DNA from: an uncultured virus (IMG/VR IMGVR_UViG_3300000302_000058)
Lineage: Duplodnaviria > Heunggongvirae > Uroviricota > Caudoviricetes
IMG/VR virus record: IMGVR_UViG_3300000302_000058
Length of the DNA stretch: 64,000 bases
Strand: one strand, 5' to 3'
Within the stretch, counting starts at the first letter, position 1. Each line of letters begins with the position of its first letter. Shown piece by piece: positions 10,291 to 19,690 of the stretch. The translations under genes and the position numbers were made by a program. The notes under the pieces were generated by a model. It made no database searches, was not told the origin of the DNA, and saw nothing but the letters and a program-made list of their open reading frames with translations.

Positions 10291-11182
10291 ATCTTATGAT
10301 GCTAACTCCTTTAGCCCCTTCCATAATACGAGCAGCAGTTTCTAATCCACTCATACCATTAATATCTGTTTGTTTAGTATCACCGCAAATTACTAATTTA
10401 CTACCAACCCCAAGACGAGTCATAACAGATTTAAACGCACTCACTGAAACATTCTGGGCTTCATCTAAACATACAAAACTATTCTCAAAAGAGCGCCCAC
10501 GTATATAAGCCATAGGAACAGCTTCTATAGTCTTAGCTTCTATCATGGCATTTAATTTTTCAGGAGTATAAAATTTACTAAATACATCAATCAATGGGGC
10601 AATCCAAGGAGCCATCTTATCTCCATCTGTTCCCGGAATGAACCCCATATTATATCCTTCGAGCGCTATTGGAGAACGAGTAACAATAATTTTTTCTATC
10701 TGTTTTTCTTTTAAGGCTTTTACGGCAGCTGTAGCTGCTAAATAACTTTTAGCTGTTCCTGCGGGGCCGATAGCAAAAGTAATAATATTATTTTCTATAG
10801 CATCAACATATTCTTTTTGGTGTTTGGTCTTTGCTTTTACCACTGTGCGTCCAATTTTTAAAATAATATCATTAGAAAGCTCTGGCACAAAACCAGTCAA
10901 TGCTTGTTGAGCATATAAATCTACATCTTGTTCCAAAACCTTTTCACCTGTTCCAAGAACCTCTAAGATATGGTTAAAGACTTTCTGAGCATTATTAACC
11001 CCTTCTTCGCTACCAAATAGATATAATTTGCGATTATTTAAAGTGATTTTTACATCGCATCTATTCTTAACCACATTGAGAAAACTATCTTTAGGCCCTA
11101 AAAAATCTATAAGGTCTATAAAATTAGGAATCTCAATAACTTCTTGAACAGGTTCCAAAATATACTCCTTTTCTATAGACAA
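10217..11182 (-). CDS. phoH: PhoH-family ATPase with N-terminal KH-like domain
   Basis: GPAGTAKS, GFIPG, AYIRGRSF, DEAQN, GDTKQTD, DIVRS. Confidence 0.92.
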   Translation of the reverse strand: MSIEKEYILEPVQEVIEIPNFIDLIDFLGPKDSFLNVVKNRCDVKITLNNRKLYLFGSEEGVNNAQKVFNHILEVLGTGEKVLEQDVDLYAQQALTGFVPELSNDIILKIGRTVVKAKTKHQKEYVDAIENNIITFAIGPAGTAKSYLAATAAVKALKEKQIEKIIVTRSPIALEGYNMGFIPGTDGDKMAPWIAPLIDVFSKFYTPEKLNAMIEAKTIEAVPMAYIRGRSFENSFVCLDEAQNVSVSAFKSVMTRLGVGSKLVICGDTKQTDINGMSGLETAARIMEGAKGVSIIRFGFEDIVRSGITAEVIKRFTEAGY

Positions 11183-11244
11183 TAAAAAAATAGATAGGCG
11201 GAAAAGGCACCACCTATCTATTATTGAAAAATTCGATTAAGACT

Positions 11245-11943
11245 TTATTCAATCTCGCCAGACTTGTTGTGTGCCCCTTGATTAAGACGCTGTATTACAC
11301 GACTCGCCGCAAGGTCAATGTTCCCATCTTTATCACAAATACAATCTTCTTTCTTTTGGGTGAACTTATAATAAGGGGCAAACCATTCCCAGAGAAAACG
11401 AATATCACGCTTAGGTAGAGAGCCAAGCTTGCCCTGAGCTTGCTGGCTTGTAATCGGCTTGTAATTATTGACGTGAAGAGACGCGCACATATAGTTAGGA
11501 AGATTAAGCGTAGAACCGTGGAGGTGCCCCGAAATATTAAGAACACTGGTATCCATTTCCACGTGCGGACGATGGCTAAGAACTAGCCTTTCAGAAATAT
11601 AAATTGGATAATCATACACTTCATCAAAGAGTTGCTTCAGCTGGGCTGTCTCGGCTTCGTGGTCGTGATTCCCACGAATAGCAATTTTGTGGCACTTAGC
11701 AGTCTTGAAAAGATAAAGTAGTTCATAGAAAATATCGGAGGTAGGACGGCCAAAGTCCCCAAGAAAATAGAAGGTATCATCCTTATGAAGCTTCTTTAGC
11801 CACTGCCGTACAAGGTTAACAATATACCTATCATGCTCTTGGATTGTAGCAAACTTATCTCCTCGCTCAAACTTCAAGATTCCACCGGTGTTAGCATCGT
11901 TGGAGTGGTTTAGGTGCCAGTCGCTCGTACACATCCAAGCCAT
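11245..11943 (-). CDS. calcineurin-like metallophosphoesterase
   Basis: SDWH, LGDF, RGNHD, SH, GHLH motifs. Confidence 0.85.
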   Translation of the reverse strand: MAWMCTSDWHLNHSNDANTGGILKFERGDKFATIQEHDRYIVNLVRQWLKKLHKDDTFYFLGDFGRPTSDIFYELLYLFKTAKCHKIAIRGNHDHEAETAQLKQLFDEVYDYPIYISERLVLSHRPHVEMDTSVLNISGHLHGSTLNLPNYMCASLHVNNYKPITSQQAQGKLGSLPKRDIRFLWEWFAPYYKFTQKKEDCICDKDGNIDLAASRVIQRLNQGAHNKSGEIE

Positions 11944-12182
11944 TGCTTATCACCCCAAAAACGACATTAACGAAGATAAAAGCCGAGATTTTGAAAACAT
12001 CATTTTGATTTTTACATATTCCTCTAGCACATCATCATATCGAAACTTCATCGCCCATAGATATGCTCCCAAGAATACAATCCAATCAATTAGAAAAGCA
12101 TCACCCAACATCTATTTTATCAACCTTTCCTTCTATACCATATTCCATATTAGCTCGATTGGCAACAAAAAATACGCCCATC

Positions 12183-12428
12183 CTAACCAGCATCATAAAG
12201 AAATTCTGGTGGCTCTTTAGAGATACTATTAATAGATGGATTAGTAATATAATAGTTTGTATCAGTTTCAAATCTAGGACGAAAACCTCCGTCGCCATCA
12301 GACATAAAAGCAACTACTCCACTATGCACAACAAGTCCATTATACTGCATCTTTTTTAGAAAAGAAATAAAATATGGAATCCATCTTTCTTCCATAGTAC
12401 ATTCAACATTAAAAGTTTTTTCAGCCAT
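12183..12428 (-). CDS. conserved-looking hypothetical phage protein
   Basis: ORF with SDGDGGFRP and YDAG end. Confidence 0.55.
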   Translation of the reverse strand: MAEKTFNVECTMEERWIPYFISFLKKMQYNGLVVHSGVVAFMSDGDGGFRPRFETDTNYYITNPSINSISKEPPEFLYDAG

Positions 12429-12436
12429 TATGCTAT

Positions 12437-12835
12437 TCACCAACTAAGACTAATATAGTCGGCTTGTTCATCAGTATTTACAGTGAAACCAGCATTATTA
12501 AGTTGCTGTACAATAATATACCACTCTGGGTCGCTAAGATGCATAGAATCTACATCTTCCCAATTATAAGCATAAATCAAAACAGGAAGTACACTATCAT
12601 TAAAAACACGGCCAATTCTAACTTTTGTGTAACCACAGCTTAGATATTCTTTGATATGGGCATTGATTTCTCTAATAGCCTTGGCAATCTTGGCATAGTC
12701 ACAACGTTTCTTTAGCTGCTCATTCTTTTTATGACAATCTTCGGCAGTGAATTGTAGAATGCTATTTTTCTTTTTAGACACTTTAGCTCCTAACGATAAC
12801 GACGTGAATATTCGGCCATAATTACAGTAGCACAA
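12437..12835 (-). CDS. hypothetical phage protein (start uncertain)
   Basis: ORF in operon. Confidence 0.45.
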   Translation of the reverse strand: MCYCNYGRIFTSLSLGAKVSKKKNSILQFTAEDCHKKNEQLKKRCDYAKIAKAIREINAHIKEYLSCGYTKVRIGRVFNDSVLPVLIYAYNWEDVDSMHLSDPEWYIIVQQLNNAGFTVNTDEQADYISLSW

Positions 12836-13356
12836 CTAGCAACGTTCAGACTGCGGACAGAGCCATACATCGCCACATAAATCATCTTATCACAGATTTC
12901 AATTTCCTCTTGGGAAAGACCTCGCTGCTCTTCGCCAAACACAAAGGCAGATTTGCGAGGAAAATCTTCGTCCCAAAGATTGACAGGATGATATTCCATT
13001 TGATTATCTACTGCATATACAGTATACCCCTCTTGATGAAGCTTGTCAATTATTTCACGGAGATTATCAGCGTGAAGAACTCGTTCATAGTGACGCGCAC
13101 CAACGTCACCAACGGTATTATACTTTCTCCGTCCAACAATATAAACTTCCTTGCCAAGAAAAGCATTGTTACTACGAATCACCGAACTCTTATTAAAGTC
13201 GCTTGTAAGATTTTGGCATACACAAACAAGGTCGGTTCGATTCTTTTGGAGGTCTGCTCGAACTTCTGCGGCTGTCCATTCCTTGTAAATGTCTCGAACA
13301 TTATTAGAAGCTGCCGCAGCAAGATTCTTCCCAAAAGAGTATTGAGTAATTGCCAT
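12790..13356 (-). CDS. SpoU/TrmH-family RNA 2'-O-methyltransferase
   Basis: FNKSSVIRS, VFGEEQRGLS, SVRSLNVASCATV SPOUT motifs. Confidence 0.9.
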   Translation of the reverse strand: MAITQYSFGKNLAAAASNNVRDIYKEWTAAEVRADLQKNRTDLVCVCQNLTSDFNKSSVIRSNNAFLGKEVYIVGRRKYNTVGDVGARHYERVLHADNLREIIDKLHQEGYTVYAVDNQMEYHPVNLWDEDFPRKSAFVFGEEQRGLSQEEIEICDKMIYVAMYGSVRSLNVASCATVIMAEYSRRYR

Positions 13357-13517
13357 TACCAGTCGCTTTCTCCAAAGTGCTTATCAAGCCAAGGGGTAAT
13401 ATAGTTCGGCCATACTCTAGTTATAATCGCAATAGTCAGAGTAATTAATCCGCCAAAGAGAGCTATTAGTAGAGCAATAAGAATCATAAGGTCGAAAAAT
13501 AGAAGAAGTTGAATCAT

Positions 13518-13760
13518 TTATTCCCCAATCATATACATAAGAACAAAACCATAAGCCGCAACCTCTCGGTCACTGGTCAAAATATCACCACGATAATCGG
13601 TAAAGTTACGGGTAAAAGTAGGATGGTTCTTAATAAACCAGTCTCCGAACTCCATTGCCTCGACAAATCCTGCCACCTCGTCGTGATGTTCATAGAGAAA
13701 GTCATATACATCAGAAAACTTACGAAGAAAATCACGACGAATAAGCTCAAAGTCCTTCAT
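13518..13760 (-). CDS. hypothetical phage protein
   Basis: ORF MKDFELIRR, FRGDILTSDRE-like motif. Confidence 0.55.
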   Translation of the reverse strand: MKDFELIRRDFLRKFSDVYDFLYEHHDEVAGFVEAMEFGDWFIKNHPTFTRNFTDYRGDILTSDREVAAYGFVLMYMIGE

Positions 13761-13909
13761 CTTAATACTTCTCGTCCTTCCAAGACTTATCTTTGCGGTC
13801 ATAGGCTTTCTTATTTTTATGCTTGCCATGTCCTGTTTGCCAACCGTTATAGCGTGGCTTTTTTATCTGCCACGCTTCTTCAGCAGACATAACGTGTACT
13901 GTATTGTCG

Positions 13910-14266
13910 TTATTCTCCATCTTCTTCTTCATCGTCATGCTCTCCTTCAAGCCACACGTAGATAATAATTACATCATCCGTCATGTCGATATCATCATTA
14001 ATCACATAGTCATGCAACATCGTCTCAAGGTCATCCTCGTCCCAATAATCAACATGATGCTCGACATGCCCCTTATCAATAGTCATATAAGGAGTATCTT
14101 CCACATAGACATTAATCGGCATACGAGCAAAACGANNNNNNNNNNNNNNNNNNNNNNNNNNNNNNNNNNNNNNNNNNNNNNNNNNNNNNNNNNNNNNNNN
14201 NNNNNNNNNNNNNNNNNNNNNNNNNGCAAAAAGCATGTTAGCAATATAAGACTTGAGAGTAATCAT
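13910..14266 (-). CDS. acidic hypothetical protein (gap inside)
   Basis: ORF downstream of promoter and AAAGGA RBS. Confidence 0.5.
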   Translation of the reverse strand: MITLKSYIANMLFXXXXXXXXXXXXXXXXXXXXXXXXXXXXXXXRFARMPINVYVEDTPYMTIDKGHVEHHVDYWDEDDLETMLHDYVINDDIDMTDDVIIIYVWLEGEHDDEEEDGE

Positions 14267-14379
14267 GAAAATCCTTTCTTTTCTTTCTTTTCTCTCTCAG
14301 TGTATATCTATTATAACACAAAATTTTCCAAGAGTCGATAAGAAAAAAGCCCTGTGCGGCGAAAGCACAGGGCTATACA

Positions 14380-14988
14380 TTAAAGAATTAGGTCTTGAAC
14401 CTCGTCATAAAGTGACATTAGTTGACTCCATTGTCCATTATAGTTTCGAGCTGCATCAAGCATACGCGCCGCAAGTTCACGAATTTCTAGTTGAGCTTTT
14501 GGAGAAAGCCGCAGATTGAGCATAGAGAAAAACTCACGAGCATTCATCGTCATAGTCAGAGCGGTCTTAGTTCCCTCTGGCAGTACATATCGAGCGTCCT
14601 CAGCGTGAACTCCTTCCGCGATTAAATTCATATAAGTCTGTCCGGCAAAATTGATACTATTGCGGAACTGCTGTTCTTTTTTGTAATCTTGCTTAATCGC
14701 TTCTGGAATGACATACCAATCATCAACATTAAGGTCGTACTTGCAATAACGTTGAGACTCTTGGACAAAACTTGCCAGTCGATGCCGCACAAGCTGGTGA
14801 GAACAGGAACGAGAAATCTCTTCAATCTTAAAAGTAATTGTTGCGTGCTCTAGGACACTAGTATGACGATGCTTCACGCAGCTTTCAACACGCTTATAAC
14901 TTACGTTGTCTTTCTGATAACTCGTTCCAGCCGCAAGAGAGATAGTATCAACTGGGGCTTCTGTCGCTGTCATTACAGTTACTTTCAT
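14380..14988 (-). CDS. thyX: flavin-dependent thymidylate synthase
   Basis: HTSVLEH, RHRLASFVQESQRY, EDARYVLP, AQLEIR. Confidence 0.95.
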   Translation of the reverse strand: MKVTVMTATEAPVDTISLAAGTSYQKDNVSYKRVESCVKHRHTSVLEHATITFKIEEISRSCSHQLVRHRLASFVQESQRYCKYDLNVDDWYVIPEAIKQDYKKEQQFRNSINFAGQTYMNLIAEGVHAEDARYVLPEGTKTALTMTMNAREFFSMLNLRLSPKAQLEIRELAARMLDAARNYNGQWSQLMSLYDEVQDLIL

Positions 14989-15042
14989 TTAACCTCCAAA
15001 TAAAAAACAGGGGAGAATTATTTCTCCCCTATTATACCCTAT

Positions 15043-15966
15043 TTAGTTAGCAGTCGTACCGACAATCGGTTGAGAATCTTCTGGAACAACAATTAGCGAA
15101 CCGTTGTCAGCCGCACTCTTTAATGCTTCAATATACTGCTGCTGAAGAACTTCGGGCGTAAGAGACTGCGTAAGGGTCTGATTAGCTTCGGCTTCCTTCT
15201 GAGCTTCGATTACCTTAGTATCACCTTCAATACGAGCGGTTTCCTGCTTATTAGTGGCAGCTTGCTGCTCAACTTGAGCACTCTGAGCCGCAGCATAAGC
15301 ATCGGTAATAGAATCTGCATAACGAATATCCTGAACGCTTACAGACTCAACCACTACACCACTCTCAGCCCAACGCTCGGAAAGAGTGTCTTGAATAGAC
15401 TTGGCGAAAGCTTCCTTATCGGTTAGAAGCTGAATCGTGGTAAACTGACCGGCACAATCACGAGTAGTCTGTCGAACATCATTAGAGACGTAACTAGACA
15501 CATAAGCCTCTTGGGTGCCATAATCAGCGTAAAGCTGCTCAACCGCATCAGGGTTAATAGAATAAATTACCTGAACATCACAATCAGCCTTCGTGCCAGA
15601 AGAATCATTAATGGTAACCGCAGCACCGCTATAAGAGCCGTTGTCATAAGTATACTCAGCATCACGATAAAAGTTGATAAGACGATTACGAATATCCCAA
15701 TCTAGAGCATCTTGCCACGGTGCCTTGAAGTGGATACCAGCATCGGCAGTATAGCCAGCAAGGGAACCGCCAAAATTACGAAGAACAATAGCTTCACCGA
15801 TATCCTGAGTATAGACGCATTGACCACCCGCAAGCACCAGCGAAAGTGCTAGAATAACTCCGGGGAGAGCTATAGGCAGCTTTGGGTCTTCATCTTGCTT
15901 AGCTCGAATAACAAATATACCAATAGACATAAGGAAGAAAATACACGCTACAATAAACCAGAACAT
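15043..15966 (-). CDS. SPFH/Band7 (prohibitin-like) membrane protein
   Basis: Two N-terminal TM helices, GIHFKAPW, coiled-coil AE-rich tail. Confidence 0.85.
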   Translation of the reverse strand: MFWFIVACIFFLMSIGIFVIRAKQDEDPKLPIALPGVILALSLVLAGGQCVYTQDIGEAIVLRNFGGSLAGYTADAGIHFKAPWQDALDWDIRNRLINFYRDAEYTYDNGSYSGAAVTINDSSGTKADCDVQVIYSINPDAVEQLYADYGTQEAYVSSYVSNDVRQTTRDCAGQFTTIQLLTDKEAFAKSIQDTLSERWAESGVVVESVSVQDIRYADSITDAYAAAQSAQVEQQAATNKQETARIEGDTKVIEAQKEAEANQTLTQSLTPEVLQQQYIEALKSAADNGSLIVVPEDSQPIVGTTAN

Positions 15967-15976
15967 TTTTACTCCT

Positions 15977-16327
15977 TTACCACATTCTGTTGACAAGATA
16001 GAATTGCGGCTTATCATTCTTTGCTTTACTAATATCAACCGCAAATAGTTCCAAAACTCCACAAAGTTGTTTATCGTATTTGTCGCGGTCAAATAAACAA
16101 TCTTCGTCAAGAATACAATAATCCATTGTTGAACTGATTTGAGTACCGATGATAAAATCGCTATTATCATCATAAGCATTTATTCGATGCCAGCAATCAT
16201 ATGGGTCAAATTTTAGAACGTCACAAACAAGCCAAGATTTTTCGTCAAGATATTTACTATTAATGTGGTCTTTGTCATGCGGAAAGATATAACCATAATA
16301 CAATTCCGCACTGTAATCTACGCTCAA
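15977..16327 (-). CDS. hypothetical phage protein
   Basis: ORF with GGAGG RBS. Confidence 0.55.
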   Translation of the reverse strand: MSVDYSAELYYGYIFPHDKDHINSKYLDEKSWLVCDVLKFDPYDCWHRINAYDDNSDFIIGTQISSTMDYCILDEDCLFDRDKYDKQLCGVLELFAVDISKAKNDKPQFYLVNRMW

Positions 16328-16550
16328 CTATCCTCCTTTCGTTCTATTGGAGTTACCTCTATCGGCTGCGGTTCTTCAGGAAAACTATCGTCTCCCATCA
16401 TTCGCCGCATAAGAACATCAATAAAATATTCTCGAATCTGAGCACGTCCAAGAGGATGAATAGAAGCAAGTGGGATGATTCTAGTACAAGCATCATCCCA
16501 AGCCTTGCGAACATCGTCAATACTGAATAATTGCATATTGTGAATGCCCA

Positions 16551-16871
16551 CTATACCACCTTCATATCTGTGAACATCATAAATTTGGGGTCAAAAGGAG
16601 GTTTGCGGCCAAAGGTCTTTTCGTACTCTTCATTCAAAGCACGTGTCATACAACCATTCAAATCTTTGACGGCAATCTCTGATAGGTCGAATTCAATATA
16701 TGCTTGCTTAGAGTTAATAGTTTGCAAAATCAGACCGAAGAAGTAAGGGGATTGGCCGCAAGTGTTACACATTGGCCGCAGAAGATATTCATCTGCCGAA
16801 CTCTCTATCCCCTTGGCTTGGTCACGTGATACGTGAAAGCCATATCCTAGAATAGTCTCAATCTGAATCAT
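16551..16871 (-). CDS. hypothetical phage protein
   Basis: ORF with AAGGAG RBS. Confidence 0.55.
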   Translation of the reverse strand: MIQIETILGYGFHVSRDQAKGIESSADEYLLRPMCNTCGQSPYFFGLILQTINSKQAYIEFDLSEIAVKDLNGCMTRALNEEYEKTFGRKPPFDPKFMMFTDMKVV

Positions 16872-16896
16872 ATATCAACTCCTTTAATAATTATCA

Positions 16897-16970
16897 TGGC
16901 ACAGGCGGAAAGATTCGAACTCTCACCAAAAGTTTTGGAGACTCTTATGCTACCATTACACCACGCCTGT
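16897..16970 (-). tRNA. tRNA-Trp(CCA)
   Basis: Cloverleaf, loop CTCCAAA, TTCGAAT, CCA end. Confidence 0.92.
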
Positions 16971-16973
16971 ATC

Positions 16974-17050
16974 TGGTGTGCTCGACCTGACTTGAACAGG
17001 CAGCTTCCAACTTAGGAGGATGGCACTCTTTCCAGTTGAGTTACGAGCAC
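16974..17050 (-). tRNA. tRNA-Arg(CCT)
   Basis: Cloverleaf, loop CTCCTAA, CCA end. Confidence 0.9.
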
Positions 17051-17062
17051 ATTGTAAATATA

Positions 17063-17524
17063 TTATACCTCAGCCGGTATGATTTTGTCAAGGTTAAGAA
17101 AGGTCTGACCACGCCAAGCAGACTCCCAATAATCGGGCATAGAATAGTGCGGATAATGCTCTAAGGCCCACTGCTCATAATCGTTACATTCCTGCTCATG
17201 TCCAGCGATATGAGCGATAAAACCAAAATGTCCAGTGTAAATATTTGGAAAAAGCTTAACCGCTACAGGGTCTTGAATAGCACAGTTCAACTTGCCGCAA
17301 ATGGGGCAGTAAGATTCAAGAGCATAAGCAGGCTTACCAGCCAATCGCCGCACAGGATAATTCTTATCATAAACATACTCGATAACAATATTCTGATATT
17401 CGTGCTTATGGTCTGCCTTCTTAGGAGCTTTCTTCTTTGCCTTCTTCTTAGGCTTAGCATCTGCTTCACCATCGACATAGCTATACTTTAGGTCAAGATA
17501 TTCTTGTTTAAGGTCAGAAGCCAT
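17063..17524 (-). CDS. hypothetical protein with HxH...CPICG motif
   Basis: ORF with own promoter and RBS. Confidence 0.6.
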   Translation of the reverse strand: MASDLKQEYLDLKYSYVDGEADAKPKKKAKKKAPKKADHKHEYQNIVIEYVYDKNYPVRRLAGKPAYALESYCPICGKLNCAIQDPVAVKLFPNIYTGHFGFIAHIAGHEQECNDYEQWALEHYPHYSMPDYWESAWRGQTFLNLDKIIPAEV

Positions 17525-17623
17525 ATCATTTCCTTTCTCTTGGAATAAATATATTATACCCTATTTAAGAGAAAAAGGCAAATAAAAAAAGCCATAAACT
17601 TATAAAAAGTCTATGGCCGCAAA

Positions 17624-17827
17624 TTAAAAATCGCAAGTAATGTTACAATTGTACTTACCTGCTAATCGTTGAGCTTTCCAATAGGCTCGATTCAAAGCTA
17701 GTGAACGAGACAAAAGAGTAGAATAAGCGTGCATATATTTCAATTTACCATTACAACGTAAAACAACCAGATAGGCAATTTGCACGTTACAATCATTTAC
17801 AAAATTTCGGATTTCAACTTCATACAT
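17624..17827 (-). CDS. hypothetical protein
   Basis: ORF followed by terminator-like hairpin. Confidence 0.45.
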   Translation of the reverse strand: MYEVEIRNFVNDCNVQIAYLVVLRCNGKLKYMHAYSTLLSRSLALNRAYWKAQRLAGKYNCNITCDF

Positions 17828-17988
17828 TATTTCTCTCGTTCCAGCTTGCGGATTTGACGCTCAATCTTACGAAGAACACCCAACCCTTCTGAGTTTTTGC
17901 CATTGCGTTCAAGCCGAGTCTTACGACTATAGAGTTCTGTCAGCATGGCTTCCTTATTCATTGTTTCTCCTTTTCTGCTAAAAACACA

Positions 17989-18360
17989 TCAATCACGGTC
18001 GTTATAGATACGCTCAGCCGCATCTTCTCCAAGAGCAGCTTCAATCTTCTCGCAGCAATCGTCGGTAAGATAGGCAATAGCCTCGTCCCCACCCCAATAG
18101 CCGTGGACAGTCTTCTCGAAAGTGTCCACCCAGATATTCGGACCACCACAAGCGACCATAACCCGCACGCCCATCAGACCATAGCCAAGACGCCAGATAT
18201 AATCAATGTTATAGGTATCCTCGAAATACCAATTACCCTCTTCGTCGGTTTCTTCATCTACCTGCTCGTAAAAACCGTAATCCTTGATTTCTTCGAGAGT
18301 ATCGGCGATATGGTCAACGGTCTTCTGAAACTCCTTCTGAAAATCCTCTTCGTAAGACAT
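17989..18360 (-). CDS. acidic hypothetical phage protein
   Basis: GGPNIWVDT motif; own promoter and RBS. Confidence 0.65.
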   Translation of the reverse strand: MSYEEDFQKEFQKTVDHIADTLEEIKDYGFYEQVDEETDEEGNWYFEDTYNIDYIWRLGYGLMGVRVMVACGGPNIWVDTFEKTVHGYWGGDEAIAYLTDDCCEKIEAALGEDAAERIYNDRD

Positions 18361-18438
18361 TTATTCCCTTTCTCTCTCTTGGACATATATATTATAGCAT
18401 ATTTTCAATCCAAGAGTCAAATGAAAAAATAGACTCTG

Positions 18439-18529
18439 TGCGCCCGGTCAGATTTGAACTGACATACGGAATGATTACCGTCAAAGGCTTTTGAGGCCCC
18501 GTCCTCTGGACCAATCGGGATGCGAGCGC
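18439..18529 (-). tRNA. tRNA-Leu(CAA)
   Basis: Loop CTCAAAA, long variable arm, TTCAAAT; no encoded CCA. Confidence 0.85.
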
Positions 18530-18559
18530 ACAGAGCCTATTCTTTTAACAAAATCACGG

Positions 18560-18865
18560 TTAAATAATCTTCTCTTCAAATCCAGAATCTACAAACGGAT
18601 TCGGCTGAACGTGAAACACCTCGTCAGAGAAATGGAACTCCCCATTCTTATCGATGACATAACAATGAGCACCGTTATGCTCACCGTCATAAGCGCCAAT
18701 GCCCATCACCGCAAAAGGATTCTTGCAGTCGGTGTCGCACTCGTCACAAACCAAATCCCCCGGAAAGCAAGGAATGCCGTTGCGGTCAGGCGAAACGATG
18801 ATGTGCGGCTGACCCGCCGCATCCTCAAGAGTGCAATAGTTGAAGGTGTAACCAGAGACGTTCAT
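18560..18865 (-). CDS. hypothetical protein
   Basis: ORF with own promoter and RBS. Confidence 0.55.
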   Translation of the reverse strand: MNVSGYTFNYCTLEDAAGQPHIIVSPDRNGIPCFPGDLVCDECDTDCKNPFAVMGIGAYDGEHNGAHCYVIDKNGEFHFSDEVFHVQPNPFVDSGFEEKII

Positions 18866-19015
18866 TAAGTTCCTTTCTCTCTCTTGGATAAGGATATTAT
18901 AACATAATCCAAAAGCAAAAGTCAAATATAAAACAGAGGACAGAGCGTGTTATCCTCGCATGCTTCAGTTTCGGGCCGAAGCCTAGTGCCACCCCACCCC
19001 ACGGGGGTAAAAAGC

Positions 19016-19175
19016 TGGTACCCTTGAAGAGATTCGAACTCTTACTGACAGCCACCTTAAANNNNNNNNNNNNNNNNNNNNNNNNNNNNNNNNNNNNNNN
19101 NNNNNNNNNNNNNNNNNNNNNNNNNNNNNNNNNNNNNNNNNNNNNNNNNNNNNTCTGCCGTTGGGCTACAAGGGC
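19016..19175 (-). tRNA. tRNA, probably Leu(TAA) (N-gap inside)
   Basis: Acceptor GCCCTTG/CAAGGGT-ACCA, T-arm TTCGAAT, Leu-type D arm; anticodon borders the gap. Confidence 0.7.
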
Positions 19176-19183
19176 AAATAAAA

Positions 19184-19288
19184 AAGCGGAAACAGAAGAA
19201 CGGCAAGTATGTTGGAATCGAACCAACTTAGATAGTTTTGCAGACTATTTTCAATCCATATGAAGTAAGCCGTTCTATCATCACGCTT
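19184..19288 (-). ncRNA. Y-RNA-like RNA (family copy 4) carrying an anticodon arm (GCA) and a T-arm
   Basis: AAGCG-T-GATGA...TTACTTC...TTTC-CGCTT scaffold shared with the Ro60-adjacent RNAs. Confidence 0.7.
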
Positions 19289-19392
19289 ATTTAATATATT
19301 GGGGTTAGCTATTTCAATATCTTCAGAAGTTTGCTAAACATCTTACTGTCACCCGGTCAATAGCTAGTTTAAGCGTTTCCCCAAAATATCTG

Positions 19393-19483
19393 TGGCGGTT
19401 GGTTGAGGTCACGCTCCCCAACGGTTTTTACCCGTCCCATCGCTTTCGAGGCGAGTCCGGCACGCTTGTCCGGTTAACCAACC
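19393..19483 (-). tRNA. tRNA-Ser(CGA), non-canonical T-loop
   Basis: Loop CTCGAAA, long variable arm, GCCA end. Confidence 0.8.
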
Positions 19484-19495
19484 AATAATAATCTG

Positions 19496-19584
19496 TGGCG
19501 GAAGACTGAGATGCTGACTCCCATACCATCGCTGGTACCAACCGGCTTCCAACCGGTGCCCGAGGCCGCTCGGGTTAATCTTCC
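19496..19584 (-). tRNA. tRNA-Ser(GGA), non-canonical T-loop
   Basis: Loop TTGGAAG, long variable arm, GCCA end. Confidence 0.85.
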
Positions 19585-19587
19585 ATA

Positions 19588-19678
19588 TGGCAGAGACGGT
19601 GGGTGCTGACCCCACTCACGGTCATAAACCGCCTAGCAGTTTAGCAAACTGCCCCCTTTACCGATTGGGTACGTCTCT
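19588..19678 (-). tRNA. tRNA-Ser(GCT), non-canonical T-loop
   Basis: Loop TTGCTAA, long variable arm, GCCA end. Confidence 0.87.
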
Positions 19679-19690
19679 GTTTTCAAAATC

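Noticed and set aside
19305..19330. Hammerhead ribozyme from CUGAAGA...GAAA on the minus strand
   Set aside because: No stem II between the motifs and no convincing stem I
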